Virus record (IMG/VR): IMGVR_UViG_3300025066_000113
Span: 1 to 29,431 of that record
DNA from: a virus
Lineage: Duplodnaviria; Caudoviricetes
DNA: 29,431 nt
Direction: 5' to 3' (one strand)
This document shows positions 1-6,169 of the stretch, in pieces. The notes beneath the pieces are model-generated. The model was not told where the DNA came from. It ran no database searches and was given only the letters and a program-made list of their open reading frames with translations. How positions within the stretch are numbered: the stretch's first letter is position 1; every line of letters starts with the position of its first letter. A program made the translations under genes and the position numbers.

Positions 1-88
1 TATTGAAACCCCCTTTTATATTATACTCCATATCTATGAGTTTGTCAATTATTTCATAATAGTCTTTAATCTCTTTTATATTATTCAT
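1..88 (-). CDS. Hypothetical protein, 5' part only (runs off the left edge)
   Basis: Hand-translated: ATG at 88, 1 nt after the previous stop; MNNIKEIKDYYEIIDKLIDMEYNIKGGFN, open to the edge. Confidence 0.55.
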   Translation of the reverse strand, partial: MNNIKEIKDYYEIIDKLIDMEYNIKGGFN

Positions 89-89
89 A

Positions 90-299
90 TCAATCTCTTT
101 TACTTTGTTTATAATCATTTTCAATTTCAGCATCAACAAAAACATTTACTATTTGGTCACATATATTGCAGATAATATTAGTATATTCTTGACGTATTTT
201 GGTTTTAGATAAAGAACCACGTTTATTGTCAACGATAGTGCTATTTTTTAATCCCTCCCTTAAAATATCCCTTATTTTTAATTCTTGTTCCTTATTCAT
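90..299 (-). CDS. Hypothetical protein (69 aa)
   Basis: ATGA-coupled to the upstream gene; co-oriented with the operon. Confidence 0.7.
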   Translation of the reverse strand: MNKEQELKIRDILREGLKNSTIVDNKRGSLSKTKIRQEYTNIICNICDQIVNVFVDAEIENDYKQSKRD

Positions 300-574
300 A
301 GCCCTCTCTTTAAAAAAATATTTATATAAGGTTTTTGCACCTCAAAACAGTCGTGTAATACATCATGAACATAAATAAATTCAGCAAAATTATTAACGTC
401 TTCTTTATCCCAATTAGCATTATTTGCTAATATTTCTAATTTTATTAAATCTTCTTCTGTGAGCCATACTCGTTCACCTATTCTTGGTACTGATAAAAAT
501 TCCTTTTCAATAGTAACTCTCATATCTGCCCATTGGTCTTTATCGCTAAACATTGATACTTTACATTTTATCAT
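296..574 (-). CDS. Hypothetical protein (92 aa)
   Basis: ATGA overlaps on both sides; contains a VPRIGE motif seen in small phage proteins. Confidence 0.75.
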   Translation of the reverse strand: MIKCKVSMFSDKDQWADMRVTIEKEFLSVPRIGERVWLTEEDLIKLEILANNANWDKEDVNNFAEFIYVHDVLHDCFEVQKPYINIFLKRGL

Positions 575-1317
575 AACAGTTCTATTTTATCGATTTGTAA
601 ATGATTACTGAAGCTAGGGCAGGTTTTTTTGTACCAACACTTGGAACATAACCCAAGATGAGCTTCATATTTAAACTTATCTTTTATCATTTGGTTAACT
701 TTATCCCTTGTATCATTTATAATGCCCTCATGCCTCTCTAATGCGCTTTCACCACAATTAAAACGTATCAGCTTGCACCATCCAGATTTGCCAAACACAA
801 TAAAGTAAAATGGTAAGTGTTTCCCCGTAGCCATCATATAAGTATATGTATAATGATTCGCTTGTATGTGCGCTTCTTCTTTCATTAAAGGATTACCCCA
901 GCCATTCCACTTATCATCTTCTTTCGTGCCGGTCCATTTTATATCGATTAAGCACTTTTCACCCCTAACACTACCAACAGCATCAAGATGGGCAACAATA
1001 TCCTCGTGTATATATTCTGGTTGCACTTCATCTATTATAATGTCGTTAGCTTTAAATAATTCTTTTGATTTGTCAATAAGGTCAATAAGGTCAAGTTCTG
1101 CTTTTGGCTTATTGCCACTTTTTAAAGGCTTAAACTCTGGCACTTCGCCACCCCTTGTACCTCCGATTAGGTAATGCTCAAAGTATAGACCGCATAACAT
1201 CGCTTCTGTTGGCTCTGTCCTTTCACCCATCAGCATCTTTTTAACTGCCAGCTCGCAGCCCTCTTTCTGTACCTCCTTAATGAGGCTTTGTGATATTCGT
1301 ATGTTTTTCATCTTCAT
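571..1317 (-). CDS. Cas4/RecB-like PD-(D/E)XK exonuclease
   Basis: Motifs E..(VQPE), HLDAV, LIDIKWT and HIQANHY (QxxxY); an N-terminal Cys (EGCE) plus C-terminal CSKCWYKKTC, matching the Cas4 4Fe-4S ligand pattern. Start may be 1311. Confidence 0.85.
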   Translation of the reverse strand: MKMKNIRISQSLIKEVQKEGCELAVKKMLMGERTEPTEAMLCGLYFEHYLIGGTRGGEVPEFKPLKSGNKPKAELDLIDLIDKSKELFKANDIIIDEVQPEYIHEDIVAHLDAVGSVRGEKCLIDIKWTGTKEDDKWNGWGNPLMKEEAHIQANHYTYTYMMATGKHLPFYFIVFGKSGWCKLIRFNCGESALERHEGIINDTRDKVNQMIKDKFKYEAHLGLCSKCWYKKTCPSFSNHLQIDKIELL

Positions 1318-1453
1318 ATTCTTTAATTAATAATAATATATTGTCTGTAGTTTTTTGAACATCATCTAATTCCCAGATAACATTCATTTTAAATGATTGT
1401 AGTGCTGCAAGGACATTGCCTCGCAACACTTTTTCTTTAACTTCTGACTGCAT
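1277..1453 (-). CDS. Hypothetical protein (58 aa, not in ORF track)
   Basis: Hand-translated MQSEVKEKVLRGNVLAALQSFKMNVIWELDDVQKTTDNILLLIKEYEDEKHTNITKPH; fills the gap and overlaps both neighbours. Confidence 0.65.
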   Translation of the reverse strand: MQSEVKEKVLRGNVLAALQSFKMNVIWELDDVQKTTDNILLLIKEYEDEKHTNITKPH

Positions 1454-1838
1454 GGCTTCCGTTTTTAACAGGCTGTTTATCTTCTATTTCATCTTCACTA
1501 TAAACCCCTAATTGATAAAACTGTGTAAGCTGTAATACTGCCCTTGCCTTTGCTCTCTTTTCAGCCATAGCAACATAATATACATTCCTGCAATTTTTAG
1601 GTGATGCCTCGCCATAGCTTTCAACTTTAGCACCATCGACCATCGCTATCGCCCTGATAACAACAAAGTCATGTTCAAGCTTTTCAGTAATATATGTTAC
1701 TCCGATGCTATCCCGTTGTTGTATTTTTTCTATCCCTGCTCTTGTTATGATAACAAAGCCTCTGGCATCTTTATAGAAGTCCTGCCCTGTTAATCCATAA
1801 TCTGTAGCTAGTTGTTTCAATCTCTCTGTGTTTTTCAT
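1437..1838 (-). CDS. Putative single-strand annealing (Rad52/Sak-like) recombination protein
   Basis: IITRAGIEKIQ...ESYGEAS...YYVAMAEKRAKARAVL...GVYSEDE resembles annealase-type folds; lies next to the exonuclease. ATG 1838 preferred over TTG 1871. Confidence 0.6.
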   Translation of the reverse strand: MKNTERLKQLATDYGLTGQDFYKDARGFVIITRAGIEKIQQRDSIGVTYITEKLEHDFVVIRAIAMVDGAKVESYGEASPKNCRNVYYVAMAEKRAKARAVLQLTQFYQLGVYSEDEIEDKQPVKNGSHAVRS

Positions 1839-1868
1839 AATAGTATTTTTTAGTTTAAAAATATTTAA

Positions 1869-1876
1869 CAAAGTTA
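1869..1876 (-). promoter_or_regulatory. Bacteroidota -7 promoter element TAACTTTG
   Basis: Exact TAnnTTTG match in the intergenic gap ~30 nt upstream of ATG 1838; no clear -33 TTTG. Confidence 0.55.
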
Positions 1877-1887
1877 ATAAAAATTAT

Positions 1888-2103
1888 TCAATATAAATTA
1901 TTCTTTTCTTTACTTATTGAATACCTCCAGCCTCTTTCATCCTCATCAAATTCATCAACGATAAATAGGTTCTGGTATTCTGGAAGCTCTTGCCTGTTGG
2001 CATACCAGCCGATAAGCCATTCATCTTCATACTCATAACAGTTAGTTAGTAGCACCGCCCTTATTTGGTTGGCGTAGTTTATTATGTAGTCTTTAGTCTT
2101 CAT
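1888..2103 (-). CDS. Hypothetical protein (~71 aa)
   Basis: ORF track; ATG at 2103 overlaps the end of the upstream gene. Confidence 0.7.
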   Translation of the reverse strand: MKTKDYIINYANQIRAVLLTNCYEYEDEWLIGWYANRQELPEYQNLFIVDEFDEDERGWRYSISKEKNNLY

Positions 2104-2109
2104 CTTCAA
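2092..2109. repeat. 18-bp direct repeat TTTAGTCTTCATCTTCAA, copy 1
   Basis: Identical to 2794-2811; spans a gene stop/start junction. Confidence 0.85.
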
Positions 2110-2566
2110 TCTCTTTTATTAATTCTTTATATTCTTTTACAGTTTTAATATTCTCATGGATAATATCCCAATCTTCTTTTGTTGAATTTTTATATTTAAC
2201 TGCAACGCTTAAAATAACATAAGGAGAACAGTTTCTAAATCCACCATGTGTACCATCTTTATTTATTTTCATATAATCATGATGTATTCTAGGAAATAAA
2301 GAAACCCAATATTTTTTATTTTCTATAATTCCATTTCCAACCATTGAAAGATTATGTTTTTGAAATAAAGCTTCAAAGACATTAGTGAAGCCTTTATTTA
2401 ATATTGCTTTTAAATTTTCTCTCGCCTCTTTTCTGCTTTCACCAAATTCAATAAGATTAGCAGATTGCCCATATTTTTTAGTGAATGAAATATATCTACA
2501 TTTGTGCGTTATATCTTTATCTACTTTAGGATAGCGGTCTTTAGTAATTATTGTTAAAGTCTTCAT
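2093..2566 (-). CDS. Hypothetical AT-rich accessory protein (157 aa)
   Basis: ORF track; coupled to both neighbours. Confidence 0.75.
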   Translation of the reverse strand: MKTLTIITKDRYPKVDKDITHKCRYISFTKKYGQSANLIEFGESRKEARENLKAILNKGFTNVFEALFQKHNLSMVGNGIIENKKYWVSLFPRIHHDYMKINKDGTHGGFRNCSPYVILSVAVKYKNSTKEDWDIIHENIKTVKEYKELIKEIEDED

Positions 2567-2805
2567 AATATATATTTTATTGGATAATTTTTAATTGTTT
2601 CTCCCGTTTCTTCATTGTAATATGTATCATCTTCACAAGACCAATATTTTTGATTTTTATATATCAGATGGTCATGTGCCGTAGCCAACCATTTCTCACA
2701 AATAGGGCAGTAAACCTCTTCGCCATCATTCATAGTATCTAAAGCTGGTAGTGTTACTATTGGCGATTCTTCACATACCATACATTGTATCTTTTTAGTC
2801 TTCAT
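2563..2805 (-). CDS. Small zinc-ribbon protein
   Basis: CMVC...CPIC pairs; ATG 2805. Confidence 0.7.
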   Translation of the reverse strand: MKTKKIQCMVCEESPIVTLPALDTMNDGEEVYCPICEKWLATAHDHLIYKNQKYWSCEDDTYYNEETGETIKNYPIKYIL

Positions 2806-2811
2806 CTTCAA
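2794..2811. repeat. 18-bp direct repeat TTTAGTCTTCATCTTCAA, copy 2
   Basis: Identical to 2092-2109. Confidence 0.85.
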
Positions 2812-2938
2812 GGTCTTTTATGATTTTTTCAATATCGATAATTGATTTTTTGTCTAGGTATTTTAAAAGCTGATAGCCAACTATTAAAAGTGCGTAAAAT
2901 ATTACTGCATAAAATAAAAATACTATTGCAAATTCCAT
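2795..2938 (-). CDS. Small membrane protein (47 aa, not in ORF track)
   Basis: Hand-translated MEFAIVFLFYAVIFYALLIVGYQLLKYLDKKSIIDIEKIIKDLEDED; TAATG overlap with the upstream gene; one N-terminal TM helix. Confidence 0.75.
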   Translation of the reverse strand: MEFAIVFLFYAVIFYALLIVGYQLLKYLDKKSIIDIEKIIKDLEDED

Positions 2939-3138
2939 TATTCTATAATTTTAAATTCTTCAAAATCAAAAACACCAAATTCGCCCCAATGAACTTGTTT
3001 TGTGCCGTTGTCATATTCTATTGCGATATTACCTTTAAAGCCCTGTAAATCGCCTCTATGGTCGTAATATCCATAACCATCGAACTCTACATCAGCAACC
3101 TCTGATGTTTCGTAATTGTAATATTCTGCTCGTATCAT
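2938..3138 (-). CDS. Hypothetical acidic protein (66 aa), first gene of the early cluster
   Basis: ORF track; A/T-rich start context. Confidence 0.75.
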   Translation of the reverse strand: MIRAEYYNYETSEVADVEFDGYGYYDHRGDLQGFKGNIAIEYDNGTKQVHWGEFGVFDFEEFKIIE

Positions 3139-3172
3139 GATTTCTATATTTAAGTTAAATAATAATATGTGT

Positions 3173-3180
3173 TAAAGTTA
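3173..3180 (-). promoter_or_regulatory. Candidate early promoter -7 element TAACTTTA
   Basis: One mismatch to TAnnTTTG; shares ATTAACTTT with the 1869 site; ~35 nt upstream of ATG 3138. Confidence 0.45.
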
Positions 3181-3458
3181 ATTAATTTTAACGAGAATAA
3201 AAAATAAAGGTTACAAATATCTCATTTTAATGATTTTAATATATAAAAAACTTATAATATCTGACCTTCATAACTTGCTCTGTTTCAACTATTTATCATA
3301 ACTTTTATTTTCCATAGGCTTATACTAGCCAAAACAGTTATGCTCTTAAAACGCATGTATGATGCCTTAAACGGGATTTAGTGATTTAAGGAAAATTAAT
3401 TAAAAAAAGTTTAAAATAAATTTATTCTGCGCTTGAAATAGACAGAAAAAACATAGAA

Positions 3459-4382
3459 TTACCTAATTCTGAACACTTCAGATTTGATAGGTCTGCGGTC
3501 TTGGCTGTCAGTTTGGTCATAATAAAACCTCAAGAATAAGCCTCCTTTTCGTTTGGGGGGAAGTCCTTTTTCGTTTGCCCAGCCCATACTTCCGCTCGAA
3601 AATTCATCTTTGTAAGTGCTTGTGTTGATTATCAGACATTCATCTTGATAGATTTTACCCTTTTGAGATAATCGTAATCTTTGATGATTGACAACAAATT
3701 CCTGATGTGAATGCCCCATCCAATGAAAGTCTGCATCAGGAACGAAGCTCAACCTCTGAACGTGCTTGTTAACGCCTTTAGTCATTACACTACTACCACC
3801 GAAGCCATGATGATAGTGAAGATTCTTACTCATGCGCCCACCAAGATGCCCTCCTGATGTTTTAAACTTGAATAAGAACCTTATGAAACCTGAATATTGC
3901 ATATTATGTACGGGATGCCCTGTCTTGTATTTCAACAAAGCACAAAGCCTCTCCGTTACGTTGGTTTCACTACGCTTCAAAATAGCGGTTTCATGATTGC
4001 CCATGCCGATGCCTATAATATTTTTGGCATAAGGCTCAAGAAAATCACAGGCATCCTCAATTACATTATCTAAATAGTTTACTCCTAGATTCTTATTTCT
4101 TATCTTTTTAGCACTACGGGGGTCTGACCTTCCCTCCATCAAACAGAAGAAATCTCCGTTTATTGCAATTCCTGCGCCCTCCTGTACTGCTTTATCTAAA
4201 TGTTTCTTTAAAAGCTTCCTATCGCAGTCAGGGTTATCGAAATGAACATCAGAGATAAGGAGAAACAACTGCTCCCAATCTTTTTTATATTCCATATCAA
4301 CGTTAATGACGTTTAGTGACTGCCTGCTTATATCAAAATTCGTAGGCATATCATTATTATCCAAATTATTACTATTACCCAA
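3459..4382 (-). CDS. Calcineurin-like metallophosphoesterase
   Basis: All five motifs: SDVH, NGDFF, GNHE, HHG, GHSH. True start is probably ATG 4349. Confidence 0.9.
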   Translation of the reverse strand: MGNSNNLDNNDMPTNFDISRQSLNVINVDMEYKKDWEQLFLLISDVHFDNPDCDRKLLKKHLDKAVQEGAGIAINGDFFCLMEGRSDPRSAKKIRNKNLGVNYLDNVIEDACDFLEPYAKNIIGIGMGNHETAILKRSETNVTERLCALLKYKTGHPVHNMQYSGFIRFLFKFKTSGGHLGGRMSKNLHYHHGFGGSSVMTKGVNKHVQRLSFVPDADFHWMGHSHQEFVVNHQRLRLSQKGKIYQDECLIINTSTYKDEFSSGSMGWANEKGLPPKRKGGLFLRFYYDQTDSQDRRPIKSEVFRIR

Positions 4383-4388
4383 AAGATT

Positions 4389-4628
4389 CTAGATAAGGTC
4401 GAGTAACTGTTCCACTTCATCAATAGTAATCTTACCCATTAGAAATGCTGCTATAAGCCCAAGCGTTGCCACCGCAGTAGCCAATCTGATGTAATCTATC
4501 TTTCCTTTTCCTCCCATCTCTGCCTGTATGTTGGCTTTAATTGAGTTTACCACAGGCACGTTATCAGCTACACCGAAAACTATGCTCTTACCTATTAATA
4601 AGGCTTTTTGTAATATCTTCTTTTTCAT
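4389..4628 (-). CDS. Small membrane protein (holin/spanin candidate)
   Basis: Hydrophobic segment LATAVATLGLIAAFLMG; ATGA-coupled to the putative endolysin. Confidence 0.6.
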   Translation of the reverse strand: MKKKILQKALLIGKSIVFGVADNVPVVNSIKANIQAEMGGKGKIDYIRLATAVATLGLIAAFLMGKITIDEVEQLLDLI

Positions 4629-5305
4629 AAGTCTGATTCTTTTATTAGTGTTAATGTAAAACTATCACCCCATATCTTCGCTGCCTCCCTGAATATCTCC
4701 ATCTCTATCTCAAAGATTCTAGGGTGAGGATTGACCAAGCAGCCCGCTGACCATTTCCCGACCTTAAAGGATTCTATCCCTCCTGCCCGATGGTGATTGA
4801 TGCCGAAGTTTCCAGATTCATCAACGCCTGATTCATAATCCAAGACATCATCTTTATTGTAATCTCTTATCACAGTAACAGGGTTCTTCTGTACTAGGGC
4901 AAAGTATTTACCCCTGTGAAGTCCTGTTTTCCATAGCCCTTTATACTGCCCTTCCTTTACAATCGCTGTACCCAGCTTTGAAAGGGGGTTATTAAGCCAA
5001 TACAATCCAGAGTCGCAAGTGATAGGGAAATTAAAGTCATTCCATTGCCCTCTATATTTCCAGCACAGGTGCATATGGTCATTAAAGACATTTACTTTCG
5101 GGTCATTGCTTCTAACCGCTACGATGTTAAGATTGAAAGGTTTATCATCGCCCTCAAAGACATCATAACCTTTCTTTCTAATAGCCGTTATTACGTTTGG
5201 TTCTTTCAAGTCTTTTTTTGATTCTTTCAAGTTTCTCATCAAGCTTTGACATCCTTTCCATCTGCTCATGAATGATTTCCTTTTGGCATTTCTTTGAAGT
5301 ATCAA
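4625..5305 (-). CDS. Putative endolysin with L,D-transpeptidase (YkuD-like) His/Cys motif
   Basis: GINHH...WSAGC matches the H-x(n)-SxGC catalytic signature; sits in the lysis position. Start uncertain, probably downstream of 5305 (e.g. TTG of LKEPNVI). Confidence 0.65.
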   Translation of the reverse strand: MILQRNAKRKSFMSRWKGCQSLMRNLKESKKDLKEPNVITAIRKKGYDVFEGDDKPFNLNIVAVRSNDPKVNVFNDHMHLCWKYRGQWNDFNFPITCDSGLYWLNNPLSKLGTAIVKEGQYKGLWKTGLHRGKYFALVQKNPVTVIRDYNKDDVLDYESGVDESGNFGINHHRAGGIESFKVGKWSAGCLVNPHPRIFEIEMEIFREAAKIWGDSFTLTLIKESDL

Positions 5306-5438
5306 TAATTAAAGTATCATTACCCCTTAAATAATCATAGATGATAACCGTATCTTTTCCTGATGGCTCATCAACTTGATGGCTGCCACAACTAATCAGA
5401 AGTAATAATATGGAGATGTATTGAATATCAATTTTCAT
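5178..5438 (-). CDS. Lipoprotein (outer-membrane spanin candidate)
   Basis: Signal peptide ISILLLLIS-C lipobox; C-terminal coiled coil. Confidence 0.65.
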   Translation of the reverse strand: MKIDIQYISILLLLISCGSHQVDEPSGKDTVIIYDYLRGNDTLIIDTSKKCQKEIIHEQMERMSKLDEKLERIKKRLERTKRNNGY

Positions 5439-5553
5439 CCCTTATCTTTATTTGCATCTCACAAATAGCTATGTTTATTGCCACGTTGCGCCTCTGCCAC
5501 TTGGTCACACAGGGTGCTTGTTTTAATTTCTTTATTAACTTTTCCAGATACAT
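5428..5553 (-). CDS. Hypothetical protein (41 aa, not in ORF track)
   Basis: MYLEKLIKKLKQAPCVTKWQRRNVAINIAICEMQIKIRDEN; A-rich start context; overlaps the lipoprotein start. A competing 48-aa frame exists at 5459-5605. Confidence 0.45.
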   Translation of the reverse strand: MYLEKLIKKLKQAPCVTKWQRRNVAINIAICEMQIKIRDEN

Positions 5554-5604
5554 ACTTTTTTATTAAGCTCTTTTCTTCGTGTACATAAATAAAATATATG
5601 TCCA

Positions 5605-5636
5605 TGCGCCCGTTATTCTTTATCTGCGCCCGTTAT
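5605..5636. repeat. 12-bp direct repeat TGCGCCCGTTAT x2, 20-bp period
   Basis: Perfect copies at 5605-5616 and 5625-5636. Confidence 0.85.
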
Positions 5637-5797
5637 GATACAACTTCTTCGACTTCTTTAAATGCCTCCTGTAACTTCTCAACGAAATGAATACAGTCTT
5701 TAGATACCTCTAGACCTTTGAACCTTTGGGCAATATCAATGATTTGTATCAATTGATTGGCTTCCTCTAAAGTCAATTTAATTTCTTTTTCTTCCAT
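5633..5797 (-). CDS. Small helical protein, probable tail-fibre chaperone (54 aa, not in ORF track)
   Basis: MEEKEIKLTLEEANQLIQIIDIAQRFKGLEVSKDCIHFVEKLQEAFKEVEEVVS; A-rich start; follows the fibre genes. Confidence 0.75.
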   Translation of the reverse strand: MEEKEIKLTLEEANQLIQIIDIAQRFKGLEVSKDCIHFVEKLQEAFKEVEEVVS

Positions 5798-5810
5798 AAC
5801 TTTTTTTATG

Positions 5811-5818
5811 TAAAGATA
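5811..5818 (-). promoter_or_regulatory. Possible -7 element TATCTTTA
   Basis: One mismatch to TAnnTTTG, upstream of ATG 5797. Confidence 0.3.
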
Positions 5819-6139
5819 TTATAAATCTACAATAGCAACAATATACCCCTGCTCCTCAAGTTTTGCTTTTACTTGCTCGGATGCTAGTTGTATTGACTGT
5901 GTTTCGCCTTCATCAATATCTGCTTCTCCGTTATATAAACCTGATAGCTCAATGATTTTAACTGTCTTGCTGCCTGCGGTAAAAGAAGCCTTATCTTCAT
6001 AAGGGTACATTCCCATCTGCATATTAACACCATTCTGTCCTGATGCAAGCTCGATACGAGAATAAACACTCTCAAGGGCTATGCTTGTTCCTTGAATCGT
6101 TAATGTTGCTTCTGCTGTTTTTGTTATTTCTAATGCCAT
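5819..6139 (-). CDS. Tail-fibre-associated protein (106 aa)
   Basis: Directly downstream of the fibre gene; good start context. Confidence 0.7.
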   Translation of the reverse strand: MALEITKTAEATLTIQGTSIALESVYSRIELASGQNGVNMQMGMYPYEDKASFTAGSKTVKIIELSGLYNGEADIDEGETQSIQLASEQVKAKLEEQGYIVAIVDL

Positions 6140-6169
6140 TTTATTTAGTTTAAATTATTGATTTTAATA

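Noticed and set aside
571-1317. CRISPR-Cas system implied by the Cas4-like gene
   Set aside because: No array or other cas genes; context is phage recombination.
1322-1339. 18-bp match TTTAATTAATAATAATAT shared with ~27707-27724
   Set aside because: Pure A/T low-complexity sequence, explicable by Bacteroidota translation-initiation bias.
3421-3458. Possible terminator after the metallophosphoesterase
   Set aside because: Only a weak 5-bp stem with a long loop and no following U tract.
5884-6075. Nested - strand ORF (63 aa); likewise 18253-18507
   Set aside because: Alternative frames inside better-supported genes; no lipobox or other motif.
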